From positions 3,596,001 to 3,660,000 of the forward strand of contig NC_135252.1 in NCBI RefSeq assembly GCF_964204865.1: a DNA stretch of 64,000 nt, in the 5' to 3' direction. Every line of letters starts with the position of its first letter. Position 1 is the stretch's first letter. Positions 12,601-24,800 of this stretch are shown piece after piece. The notes beneath the pieces were generated by a model that worked only from the letters and a program-made list of their open reading frames with translations, had not been told where the DNA came from and searched no databases. This stretch comes from Styela clava (taxonomy: Eukaryota). Made by a program: the position numbers and the translations under genes.

Positions 12601-14129
12601 TGTCATAATTATTTTTCATACATATCAGCACCATTGTCCATGTCTGCATCGCCTTCTTCTACAAGCTCTACTGCTTCTTCAACCTCGACCACTAGTTCCC
12701 CTGGAAGCCCAATTTCTTCCTCCACAACAACTATTCCTACTACAACAACTATTCCTACAACAACAACTATTCCCACTACAACAACTATTCCTACTACAAC
12801 AACTATTCCTACTACAACAACTATTCCTACTACAACACCAACTTCAAGTTCGCGAGCTGCAGAAACTCCAACAACAGAAATTTCTGAGCCTATACCGGGT
12901 TTGATCGGCGCAAGTACTGCAAGTGCAAGAAATAACGTGACAGTCCCGTCACCGACGGAAATCATTACCAAATTGAGAATACTAACAACAGCTGTCGAAG
13001 AATTATCAAACGCCACCGTATTACAAACTACAGGTAAAGTTTCAACTGTGATTTCACACCTAATCGTGACACATTAACTACTGGGCTATTGCTTTGGCTA
13101 AAGCTTGTTGCTGTCGCTAGTAGGTTATTTACTTTTACTTATTTCAAAATTATATATGTGTGCTCTATTTATGGGATTCGTTTATCACTTCGAAGTTTTG
13201 TTTGATGGCGTCATCAAAATTAAAAAGTTCGCGCCGTGCCATGGTTCCTCGATCACATCTCAGTGATCTGGTGGTTTGACTACTTACTGGTACTGTAAAA
13301 TATTTGATACTGCGGTAGGCCTACTTCGTTTTGGTCGTCGTGTCCATATATTTGAGCATTGCTCTCTTTAATGTTTCACAGCTCTCATATTAATAGGGAT
13401 TTCAGAAATAAAGGACAATTTTCGTTCTTTTAACTTTGGTAAAGGACAAGGGCAAAAAAGCTGAATAAAGGATGGTCCTTTTAAATGAAGGTTGCTTGGC
13501 AACCCTGGTTTATGTTGGGCAATTTTTTACATGTGTCCTTACTTTCTATTGTTACGTCATAATGGTATTTGTTTCTGCTAGTTTCACAATTTAAATGCCG
13601 ATGCAAAAAACAGTTGAAAGAGTCGTAGTCAACACTAAACTACGTTCGTTCATTCATGTAATTTTTTATTTAACTTGAGATCAAATTTTTTTGTGTTGCT
13701 GAGCTCTGCAACTGACATTAACTTAACAATAAAAGACTGAATTTGGTGAAGGTTGATTCAAGTCTAGAAATATTTGGTAATATACGTACCAAATGCTTAA
13801 TTTAATTCATCACTTAAAAGTACTCTCAGGTGGAGGTCAACATCGTTCAGATTGTTGCAGAAGGTGTTCCCCTTCTATGCGCTATTAGGCATGGAACAAA
13901 CATGTTTCAACTGCTGACTCTCTGTTTATATTTTATAGGAAGCAACGGTTTGCAGCCAATCAAAACCAATCGACGTCCATACACCGTGGGATGTGCGGCA
14001 AAATTGAAGCCATATGTATACGCCGCCGGTGGTATAGCAATCGGCATTTTGATTCTCGAATTACTTCTTCTGATATGCATAGGATGTCTTCTTTGTGAAA
14101 TTGGAACTGGATATGAATCTCTGGCCTGA
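9669..14129 (+). CDS. Tetraspanin (CD63-like C-terminal GYxxL), ~412 aa, with mucin-like insert in EC2
   Basis: Exons 9669-9762, 10055-10178, 10443-10575, 11169-11237, 11927-12081, 12481-12548, 12629-13033, 13939-14129, all phase-compatible. Four hydrophobic helices, ILGCVGAANEN after TM2, CCG, PQSC, final GC before TM4, C-terminus GYESLA. Confidence 0.88.
12723..12838 (+). repeat. Coding 18-bp minisatellite (ACAACAACTATTCCTACT) x~6.5 encoding (TTTIPT)n
   Basis: Tandem array directly visible inside tetraspanin exon 12629-13033. Confidence 0.95.
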
Positions 14130-15255
14130 TAGTGACATTGCAATGATGACGATTCAGTGAAAAGAATTTCTATTATATACACTTTAAAAATATTTTGTAA
14201 ATAAGGATTTCATTTTACCCTTTTGCTTTAGTTAAGTTTCCATTGCACATATTACACAAGTAAGAGAGTAATCAATGTAACAAATAAAGATATGATATAA
14301 TAAAGATGCCCTGAGATTTCTGCATTTGCTTTATCTCCGACGTCAACATTTCATTTATGTATTAGACAAATCCTCCCATACGTTTATTGACGAAGTATGC
14401 GGTGACAGGTGATAGGCCTACTACCAAAAGCCTGAAGCAATAGTAAAACCCCATAATATTCAATTTTGCGAAGAATTCAAGTTAACGAATGTGAACGTAT
14501 CAGAGCAATTAGACCTGATATTATATTAAACTATTTTACAAAAAGCAGGTTTCTGCACAACCAGGTTCATATCGCCAAATAGAGAAATGCCTGATTAAGC
14601 TATAACTTGAAAAGACATCACGTATGTCATTTTCATTGCATATGTGTTCTTACAATATCTTTCGTGTGTTTTACTAAAGTCACTAAAATATGACACAGGG
14701 CGTGTCTGTTTATTAACAAACTTCGTGCACGCGAGGCGAGTAACTGTTGTAAAGAACAAAGTTGTCAAAAAATTGTTCAGTTGGTCGATCACCTTACAGT
14801 TACAATGCCAATAAGAAGGAATCGGACATGTTTTTGAAAAGCTAGGGACAGTTTTGGCGGTTTAAAGGTGGACAGTGTTATGCGCGAACATTACTGTATA
14901 TTATCCTAGTTAGTGAATTCGATTTATTTAGTGGGTACGGTAATTTGAGTTAACGGCCCAGTTTAAAACGTTAAAAACCGATAATTACTTTTAATTTTTT
15001 AATCGGGTAACTATTCCTGCTTCAAATATTTCCCATTTCAAAAATAAAAAAATAAATACGGTCGAATGAATAAATTTGTCTTAATATGAAAAACTGCCAT
15101 TTTAACCTTAATAATGACGACATACATGTATCCATGAAATTCATCACGTCTATATCATTATGTCGCCCAGTCTGTCTGGAGTTTGAAATTCAAAAGTATC
15201 CTAATGAGACCGACTACCTCGTGGTCTGAGTGTCTCGTTTTCGCATACTCTATAT

Positions 15256-15459
15256 GGTGACCGTACATTTGAACCCACGTACATTTGAACCCATGTCTAT
15301 ATCCGCGGCTTCAATCAATATGCGGGTGCTGAAACCCATGGGTTAGGGTTAGTATGGGTTCAACTATCTGTACAACAACAAAAAATTCCATAGGTGCAAT
15401 AGTATGCAGGTGCAATTGTCATGGGTTCAAATGTACGTGGGTTCAAATGTAATGGAACC
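15256..15459 (-). mobile_element. MITE family A copy
   Basis: 9-bp TSD ACTCTATAT (15247-15255, 15460-15468); reverse complement of 6207-6393 with one extra GTACATTTGAACCCAC unit. Confidence 0.92.
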
Positions 15460-15822
15460 ACTCTATATATATATATTACATCTTTCGTAGCATTACTGGT
15501 GAATAATATATCATTCCTCTCATTAAAATAAACAGGTTTGCGATAAATAAAAGATTTTTAAATGGCAATAAAAAATATAATTCTCAGATTGGTTGTTGTT
15601 TCGATAAATCAGGTTGTGTACCAGATGATGGTTCAGGTTATGCGACATTTTGGTGCGCATACTTTAGGAGTACAAAAAAAAACTTTGGTTAGGAATTACT
15701 GCGTTTGTAATAGACATCTTTGTCCAGTGAGCCCAAGTAATATGTTGAGTTAGAATCTTGGTGAATATATAATATTTTGGAAGAGTTTAATATCAGCAAA
15801 GCGTAACCATGAAGCGTCAGTA

Positions 15823-16376
15823 GTGGAGTTGCGATCCTGGGAAATTCCGATCCCGGGAATTTCGGCTTTTTTCCTAACCGGCTGAATCCCACCACTGACT
15901 TGAAGTAGAATTGTTCCAAAACGTCGTCAAAAAATTGCTGACTTGGCGACAAATATCCATCAAAGATTGGTATGTGCTGAAAAATACGATCGGGACACCA
16001 ATAAAAAAGCTGAATATTTGACCAAAAAAGATAGAAACCACGATTAAGACACTCAAACGACGTTGGCGCAAGAGCTTTATACGCGATGACATCGGAGATA
16101 AACGGCGGTGGCGGAGAAAGCAATGCTGCCGTATGGGACAAGCAGGAGAGGCCAGAAAAGATGGAAAAGTTGTATGACGCACTAAAAACAATCAAACCTA
16201 CGCCAGTTGAGGCTGAATGTGTATTTTCAGCTCTTGGATTTTTTAAATCATAAATCGTCTTAATGATGGCACTCTCGATGCTCTCATGTTTTTGCGGCAG
16301 TTTCATAATAAATAAACATGACTGCTTATAATATTTTTTGTGTGTGTTTATTTTTTTTAATTCTACTAATCCCGGG
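15823..16376 (+). mobile_element. Degenerate hAT element with transposase C-terminal relic
   Basis: ATCCCGGG(A) motifs at both ends; plus-strand peptide LYDALKTIKPTPVEAECVFSALG (~16170-16240) resembles the hAT PTSVxxERxFS motif; contains stops. Boundaries are approximate. Confidence 0.55.
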
Positions 16377-17565
16377 TAATCAATGCTTTGGCGAAACGTA
16401 AACAGAATAGCTAAAACGTGGTGGATTGTGAGGAAGCGTGGGATATACTTGGAATGGTAGGAATTATTCTAATTGTGGATAAATTCAAATCCTGTTTATT
16501 TCAGTGTGTTTATTTTTTTAACTAATATTAATAAAATATATATTACTCCACTAATAATTTAAAACTAAACATAAAAAAAAAATGGGGAAAGCAAGAATGG
16601 GGTCTGATCTTATTGAGTGCCTCTTATTTTGCTTGAATTTGTTTTTGTATCGTTTTTGACTGCGTGAAACGCTACGAAAGTACAAAATAGGACACTCTGT
16701 CAGCCTTTGTTGTCCTCAGTTTTCGGCTTAGGTCTGAATATAGATGTTCGACTCAGTATTTTCCTTGCGAAATAAAAGCGTCCTCAAGAATGATAAGCGA
16801 CTGATAGTTATTTAGCGTGGTTTCCAAAACAGTACCGGATAATTAGATAGTTCTATTAATAAATTAGCCCTTCTGAAACGAAATTTGTAAAATCATATGC
16901 CCAATGAATATATATCAACAGGTAGCGTTGCGGCAGAAGGTTGCCGAAATTGCCTTTTTGGACTCAAAATTCAATCGCAGATCTGAAGTTACACCTTCCA
17001 CAACAACGCATTTTTACGCTTCAGTGAAGCATGAGAAGTAAACAATTAATTCCTCCCAGACTCTGTGGAAGCTCGTGTCGCTTTCCAGAAAAAAGTGAAG
17101 TTCACCCTATTTCCCACCAAAATTGTTGACGTCATACGTTCTTTACTGTTTTGTTATATGTATATATAAAATCGATGCACATTTATACTACATTTTTTCA
17201 TGTGATTTGGGGTGAGGAGGATTATCATGCGACACTGCTAAAAAATATATATGTATATAAAGAAAATAAACATTGAAATCATAAATAGTCTTTGTTCGCA
17301 TTCAAGTGAAAATACTCCATCAATACGCTATCAAGCGCACATCTGGGTGACACAGACAAAATGTCAAATAAATCATTTGACATTGACAGTATTTTTCCGA
17401 TTCAAATTTAAATGCAATTTTCAATCAGTATTTAGTGGTAATATTGATTTTTTAAATAATCTTTTCCCTTTTCTTTTTTGAATATATATATATATATATA
17501 TATACTATTTAATTTTTATTCATGGGCGATGTGGACTAAAACATGTATGTGTATATTTTGGATTC

Positions 17566-17801
17566 GGTGCTCCCGAAGTATGCAAATCAAGATGGCGGAC
17601 ATCGGAACGTAACATGGGTAACAGGTTAGAGTTAGGCGATAATTTTTTTCCAATTTTCCTTATTTTAGTCCTATTATCAGTTCGAAGACTAGCCAAGAGC
17701 CCCCCGTAGTATTTATAGCTAAAATTATGGCCTAACCCTAACCTAGTACACATATTACATTCCGATGTCCGCCATCTTGGTTCGCATACTTCGGGAGCCC
17801 C
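17566..17801. mobile_element. Foldback MITE family C (~80-bp TIRs, GG termini, 8-bp TSD)
   Basis: TSD TTGGATTC (17558-17565, 17802-17809); TIR GG.GCTCCCGAAGTATGC.AA.CAAGATGGCGGACATCGGAA..GGTTAG(A/G)GTTAGGC; internal segments shared with family B. Confidence 0.9.
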
Positions 17802-18175
17802 TTGGATTCTTGCCTGAATTGACGAAACGCTTCCGCGACGGATCCTATTCATACAAGATCGGCCACAATCAATACCAAAGCAAGACGGACGGCATATCGG
17901 CTAATAGAACAACTAAGCGGTCACGCCGGCAATAATTCACAAATCATCTCGTGGATCGGGACGAGAACCATACATCTACTCTACAACACGATTGCGTACT
18001 CTTTTTGACTCGACGCTCATTTATGCCCAGCATATGTACTCACCAAACTTGGCAAAAAGATTCATTCACCAACCCTTCATTTTCTATAACTCGCAATCTC
18101 TCACCCAGGTGCAATGTTCCAGCAAGGGGAATGAGTTCTCATGCCTGGCAGTGAATGCTGGAACCGTACTCACAT

Positions 18176-18871
18176 TAGAGATGTATCGGTAATATCGGCC
18201 AATTTTTCGGTATCAGCTAAATTTAGACCGATATATTAAAAATTAGTTTAGAACACTGATCTTAAAATTATTTTTATTTTTTTCTTGGGTAGATCGTGAA
18301 CTATGAGCCATGCACGTCCCCACCCCCGCTAATAGAAACAGGAATCGTATTCTGGCCTGTTTCTAGCCATTTATCAGCTAAACCGGCTCAATCGATTTGA
18401 GTATTTTCGCTGCCAAATTTTTAATACTACATGGTAATTATGGAAAAATATATCAATCTAATATTAGTGGATGTTCCGATGTGTAAAATATAAAATACGA
18501 CGTTATAGTGGTCCAAAATCCTGCGCACGTAACTCAATGTATCAGTCCCATACGATGAGTAGGCTAAACATTTATTTATTTTACCACCAACGGTAGCCAA
18601 ATCCTATTAGTTTTCTAATTGAACACCGAGATTACTACTAGCGCCAGTGCTCAATGCATCTGAATCAGTTAACGCATTTGGATCCCAAACATCTACTTCT
18701 CAATAAATATGTATGTGTGTGATATTTCCTTTTTTATACGGAAATAATGTGTACTATTAATAATGCTCAAAGACTATTGCTTTGGCACACTTGAGGTAAT
18801 AATTACATAGTATCGAAATATCGGCGTTTTCAGCTGGTATCGGCGACAAAAGTGGTATCGGTACATCTCTA
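18176..18871. mobile_element. Old hAT-like element (TAGAGATGTA(T/C)CG TIRs)
   Basis: Inverted termini TAGAGATGTATCGG / TCGGTACATCTCTA with ATCGG subterminal repeats; no TSD recognisable. Confidence 0.55.
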
Positions 18872-19648
18872 ATTTATGGTACATATCACGTTAGTAGTCA
18901 ATGTCCAATTTTCGATTTATTTTGAAAGAACACCAAAGAATGTCTTTCTAATCAATTGTATCTTGAATACACTGTTTTTATTTTCCACAAAGAATATATT
19001 CTGAGTAAGTTTATGACATACAAGGCAGGTTCAGCAAAGCAATTGAATGATTCAAATTGAGACTAAAGTGGGGGAAATATCAACTCTTCTATTGCACATG
19101 AAGTTGTGTAGAAAATTGAGTGTAAAAGAAATATAAATAAGTTCACAATCCTTCAAATATCAATAGCTTATTAATGGCTATTTACAACGGTTTGAAGGTC
19201 CAAGCTCTTTCTAAATCCTGGTAGCCCACTACCAAAAAGTGGCCGTGCCTCTCTAACAGGGTTAATATTACAAAAATTCTGAACACAGTTATTTTCACAT
19301 ATTTGTCTCTCTCATTTAAGCCCCAGCAGAAATTGTTGTAAGAAAATGTGTGACTTGGTTCTTGGTAGATCTTAATTCATTATTTTCCTAAAAGCTATGT
19401 CTAGCATAAATATCAACTAAATTTCAGAGGGTTAGACATGATAGTCAGTGAGCTTGAGGTTTGTGAACTACTAATCTAAGTTTTGTTTAATGAATGTGTG
19501 TGTGTGAAAACTCCCACAATTACAAATTTTTCTCTACAATGTAGAGGCTCACTTAATAACCAGTAAACTGAATAACAGCATTTGGAATGTCGAGTGTTTA
19601 ATAGACATAAAATTCTGATTCTAATGTTTCGGCCATTACTTACTGTCA

Positions 19649-20527
19649 CTATGGAGGGGTGAAACCATAGAAGTATTCATGCCGCAAGGCCTCATCAGCT
19701 AGCATCCTGTGATTAGGAATCACAACAACCAATTTGCGAAGCAAGTCACGTCCTTCAGCTGACAGTTTGGGAACTACATGATACCAAAGCGGGTTTGCTG
19801 GATATAAGGGAAAGGGTTTGTAGTCGGGAAGTTTAGTAATACCTGGCCATGTGTGCTCTGTAGGCGTACCCAATAATTTGAAGATTCTTTTTAACTGGTC
19901 ATCGACATCATTACCAGGGAAAAGTGGAACGCCTGCATTTGACAATTCTGCAAAAATACATCCCGCACTCCATGTATCAATAGATGTTGAATATAACTTT
20001 GCTCCAAACAAAACATCGGGTGGTCTGTACCACAATGTAACAACTTCCGCTGAATAACATCGAACAGGAATACCGAATGCCCTGGCAAGCCCAAAATCAG
20101 CGAGTTTGAGTTCTCCATTTTTGTTTATCAATAAATTCTGAGGCTTGAGATCTCGGTGTAGAATATTGTGGCTGTGACAATATGATAAGCCTTTGAGAAG
20201 TTGATACATGAATGATTTGACAACTAATTGATCAATTTCACCACCGCATGTGTCGAAATATTTTTTTAAATCCTGATCACAGTATTCAAATACAAGTGTA
20301 ATTTTCCGTTCACTGTGTAATACATCATGTAATCTCACAATATTTTTGTGCTTAAGCTCTTTCAACAAGCAGATTTCGCGCAATGCTGAACTTGGAACAC
20401 CTTCGTCGTCATCATCTAGTCGTACACGCTTCAAAGCAACAATATCCAAGGTCTCTTGATTTTTTGCTTTGAAAACTGTACCATAGGTTCCCTCGCCAAT
20501 CTTCTCAATCTTTTCATATTTATGCAT
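19649..20527 (-). CDS. CDK5: Cyclin-dependent kinase 5, 292 aa, intronless
   Basis: [30 protein letters not shown] helix (diagnostic of CDK5), [36 protein letters not shown]; single uninterrupted ORF; first ATG at 20527. Confidence 0.98.
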   Translation of the reverse strand: MHKYEKIEKIGEGTYGTVFKAKNQETLDIVALKRVRLDDDDEGVPSSALREICLLKELKHKNIVRLHDVLHSERKITLVFEYCDQDLKKYFDTCGGEIDQLVVKSFMYQLLKGLSYCHSHNILHRDLKPQNLLINKNGELKLADFGLARAFGIPVRCYSAEVVTLWYRPPDVLFGAKLYSTSIDTWSAGCIFAELSNAGVPLFPGNDVDDQLKRIFKLLGTPTEHTWPGITKLPDYKPFPLYPANPLWYHVVPKLSAEGRDLLRKLVVVIPNHRMLADEALRHEYFYGFTPP

Positions 20528-20603
20528 AGTATAAATTCCTAACCAAATACTAAACAAGAATTATATAAAATGATAAAGTATTATTTACAAACAATTTGTA
20601 CTA

Positions 20604-21827
20604 CTATTTCCATCTATCTAATGAATTAAGTAAATCAGTTACAACTTCTAATAGAAGAATGTTTTGATATGATGTATCTTTTTCATCATTATTTCCAGAA
20701 TCTGTGCTGATTTCATCTCCACCAGATGCCTTTTTGCTCAAATTTGCTTTTTTACTCTCCTCAGTACTTGAGTATTCATCATCCTTATTATCAATTGTGG
20801 ACACCGTGCATTGCACTTTGGCCTTATGACAAACATCAGCTATATATACTTTTTCATCGTCAGACACTTCATTAAAAAAGGTAGAGTCTTTGTCGATTGT
20901 TGATATGTCCAATATAAAATTAATGATTGCAAGGCAGCTTGCTACAGTGACATCAGTTGGATTCGGCCCAACTTTAAAATCCACCATTGTACTCCATTTT
21001 TGACAACAGTTCGAAGCCATGTGGAAAACATTAGATTGGTCTATAAATAGTTCTTTACTTTTACTTTCTTCAGTAGTCAAAATATATAGAGTGTGTAAAC
21101 AGTTCTCAAGACCCCGTATTGTGCTATCATCCTTAGATAACTGCAGTCCTGCCTCAGCGAGAGCATTGACAAAATTAGGTTTTGAAAACTTTGATATTAA
21201 ACTAGGCTTGGAGTCTAAACATATATCTAATACTTGAAGAATATTTTTCAGAAGGTCGCAATTACTAGAACTATTAAGTATGAAACCTAAATCATCCATA
21301 TATTGTGATAATGATGATTCCATCAAGTCAAGCCATACAGGCCTGGATTCTTCGTCTGCAAGACATGTGTTTATGAGACGTCCCATCTCAACAAGGGTAG
21401 GAGAATCACGACACGAGAACAGTGACAATACAGCCACCTTGAGTTCATCATCATTCGAAATATGGGAGCATGCTTCTCGAGTGCAAGCCATGTTACCCAA
21501 GACACCAACAGTTATCTCAGTCAACCTTGGAGATTTACTGTCGATGATAACATCACGAAGAAGTTTGGTTGCATCAATTTCAACAAGGAAGAGTGCAAGC
21601 TGCTTTTCAACACATAAATCCCAGAGTCGGCATGACTCATCCTGTAAGTCTTCAGGTATATCCATTGTATCATTATCACCACTCTGCTTTTCGACTTCTT
21701 TGCACATATTGACTATTGTCTGATAAACCCACTTTTTACTAATAGCCGTGTCTGCAACCATGTCTTGACGAAAAATGTCTTGTTCCTCTTCAAATTCATG
21801 GGGAGGAGAAGGATTTCTTTCCACCAT
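20604..21827 (-). CDS. SAAL1: Protein SAAL1 (serum amyloid A-like 1), 407 aa, intronless
   Basis: N-terminal RNPSPP, SKKW, ESCRLWDL, SKSPRLTEITVGVLGNMAC, DSPTLVE and FILNSSSNCDLL match conserved SAAL1 blocks. Confidence 0.88.
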   Translation of the reverse strand: MVERNPSPPHEFEEEQDIFRQDMVADTAISKKWVYQTIVNMCKEVEKQSGDNDTMDIPEDLQDESCRLWDLCVEKQLALFLVEIDATKLLRDVIIDSKSPRLTEITVGVLGNMACTREACSHISNDDELKVAVLSLFSCRDSPTLVEMGRLINTCLADEESRPVWLDLMESSLSQYMDDLGFILNSSSNCDLLKNILQVLDICLDSKPSLISKFSKPNFVNALAEAGLQLSKDDSTIRGLENCLHTLYILTTEESKSKELFIDQSNVFHMASNCCQKWSTMVDFKVGPNPTDVTVASCLAIINFILDISTIDKDSTFFNEVSDDEKVYIADVCHKAKVQCTVSTIDNKDDEYSSTEESKKANLSKKASGGDEISTDSGNNDEKDTSYQNILLLEVVTDLLNSLDRWK

Positions 21828-24800
21828 TATATCAAATTATAAAACTTGTGACTTAGCCTGCCGAGACAACAGCTAACTGGGATGCCAAAAAATTCAGTTT
21901 GAATGAAATCGATCTAATTTATAAAATATCATTTTTTGAAAATTCAGAGAAATAACTTTATTTGTTCCCACCACACCCTTGCCCAGCCTTCGTTTCGGTA
22001 TTCGAAGAAATAGCTGGCACGGGTGTATTCCTAACTCTGCCCTGTATAAATACATATACCGGTATATCTTTTTTAATTAAACAACTCCCACGGCAAAGCG
22101 ACTAAAATTAATTACTGGGATAATTTTTACTATCCGAATAGCGGATATATCCGTATATTTCGTGTTTTAACTATCCGGTTAACCAATCGAATCGGTTTTA
22201 CGTGATTTTTGTGGTAAATTGATCAAAAATCAGTTTTATTGCAAATATATACACATACAATCAATGTAAGAGCATATATATAAATGAAATCATGAAGATA
22301 AAGAAAATCATGCATTTTTTTGGTTAGAAGTATCCAGAAAAGGCTAGTATACAGCGGAGACAAAGTCCACGAAAAGTCGACAGCAAGAAGGGTGGTATGG
22401 TAAAAAATAAATGAAGAATGGAAAAATAAAGAAATTGTCTCCTGCTCTCCAGTGGTGAAAACTGTTTAAGCCACCGAAAAGGTTTTCAGAAGAGCGAGAT
22501 TTATTTATTTTATTTTTTTTTAAATGAATCCACAATGTGGATTATTCAATATGTAAATAATAAATAAAGATATATTGTGTACCGCAAGATCGAGATTTAT
22601 TACTGTTTCTCCATTGCATATTGTATGAAGCACATCAATTGTGGACAGCGTATCTAGGGTGTGGCTCGTGCCATAGGCGCCGTTTGAACAGGGGCGCAAA
22701 AACGGCGGAAAGTATTAATAATAAAACGTTCCAATGAAACAATTTCAAGTTGGGAATAACTTAAACTCGTATTTTTACTCAAATAATAACATAGAAGTAT
22801 CCTAATTCATTAATAATCATTACAAATTGTCAAACAACTATCAAGGGGGCGCATTTTCAGACTTTGCCATGGGCGTCATTTTAAGTCTGGATGTTCTTTC
22901 TGCTTCAACAGTGATAGGTTGGAGGTCGCCATGAAGCTTCAAAGACTGCACATTCCTTTTGGATCGTTATTTTGTTTAGATTTGCAGTACTGTATGGACG
23001 GATTTAGGATGCTGACTTGATGGCTCGCTCTAGTTCCTGTTTGGGAAATTCACATGTTGTTTCTTCACGTACTACAGTCGAAACTAGTGGAGGGAGAGAT
23101 ATTTATTATTATAACAATTACAACACTAATATAAACATAAGCCAATAAAGAAAATATTTTAACAGTAATTACAGTGGTTGAGAAATAATTCTTCCGGGTC
23201 TACGTCAAGCAACTTTTGCATTAGGTTCGCTGCCAGAGCGTACGGCTTGTTTTTGTTTCCATAATTCTCCGAATGTATCAAGTTTATTTCCCGTCAGAAA
23301 ACTCCGACAATATACCGAATACCAATGGCAAAAATAGACATCACCAAAACCACCATCCTCCAGACTGCCCCATCCACACCCTTTTAAGCTTTTCAACTGA
23401 ATTCGTTTACAGCCTTGATTATACATCCAACCTCACTGTATAAAGCGAATGAGCTCTTCTATTACATAATAATCACATGGTGACCGCGATGAGATTATAC
23501 CACTGAACTGGAAATATATAGCTCTGTGGATTATAGTGATTGGTCTGTTTTCCCCTTGTGGATGAGCCTGAATAGGTTGTTGGCAATTCTCACAGTGTTC
23601 GGATGCGGTTGCCTGGTTGTAGTATCGACGACTGATTCAAAACCCATTCCGTCGGTATTTCAGGGCGATGAATATGTATTTTTGAACTATGAAAATCATG
23701 GCTGCGGCTTTTATATGATATATAAACTAATCAATGTGAAGTATGTTCAAGCAATTTATTGATTGTAACAAAATAAATTTTACATTTCATCGTAGATCTT
23801 GGAATTTTTCGAAAAACGATATCTTAAAAATAAGTGGCAGTCAATATTGTCAAAACTTATTATAAACGGGCATTACACCACTCAGTTTAAGACCGTAGAG
23901 TGCTGCAGTATTTTAGAATAATTATGCTTTTATTTTGTATAAGTAGAAGCAAATGCGAGATATCATGTGCAAATTCAAATTAATATTATAAGACTCATGA
24001 AATGCTCTCACTGGAGTGAATTGAATATTTTACATAACAGAAAAATCATTATCCGTTGAAAAGTTCGGCTTTTTTAAGAGTGGTGTAATTGTGGCCGCTA
24101 TTTCAGAATCCGTTACAAGGAAATTTCCAATTCTGATTTTGACCTCCGCACTCCCCTTTGAAAATCTTGGCTGTGCCACTGAAAGCATGTATCCTATTGT
24201 AACGAGAGTCTAATCGTCTTCCTTTATGACATTTTGTGTCGGAATAATATGCAAAATTCAGATTAATCACACCCGAGATAAGTACTTCGCAGGCCTTCGA
24301 ATAAGAAATTATGAAGGAATCCACCCTCTACTAAGGATTAATCTAGTTTTACATGTTTACGGTTTTACGACTACTGATTCTTTTCAAGAATCTCAATGGC
24401 TTAATCCAGGGGTCACCAACCTTTTTGAAGGCGAGGGCTACTTTCTGGATACCGATTAAGCCGAGGGCTACCAGTTCAATGTGAACACTTTTAAAAAAAA
24501 GTCAATTAGCTTGCTTGACCCTCAATTATTGATAATTACCGGTATTTAGTCAAGTAAAAAACATTGATAAACTTTGGGATTCTTCAGGAAATCAAACGAT
24601 TATCACAACGTAGCAAATAAATTACTAGCAATGACACTTCCATTTTCAAACTGAGTGTTTTTTAAATTGATTTTAAAGTGATCCCTACAATAATATCCTC
24701 GGAAACCACAGGTCCACAATGTACCTACTTATTTACAAACACCCTGCATAGCCCTAAGATGAAAAAACCTAACAGTTGTACTGCCGAATGTTACATTTAC

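Noticed and set aside
12723-12838. CRISPR-like array
   Set aside because: Contiguous 18-bp units with no spacers, inside a eukaryotic coding exon.
12609-13016. Minus-strand 135-aa Val/Gly-rich ORF
   Set aside because: Antisense shadow of the Thr-rich tetraspanin exon.
15689-16306. 205-aa minus-strand ORF as a gene
   Set aside because: Antisense to a decayed hAT transposase relic; no recognisable domain.
20528-20557. N-terminal extension of CDK5 in the ORF track (likewise the TTG/GTG starts given for METTL25B and others)
   Set aside because: Non-ATG starts from a prokaryote-style ORF caller; homology begins at the first ATG.
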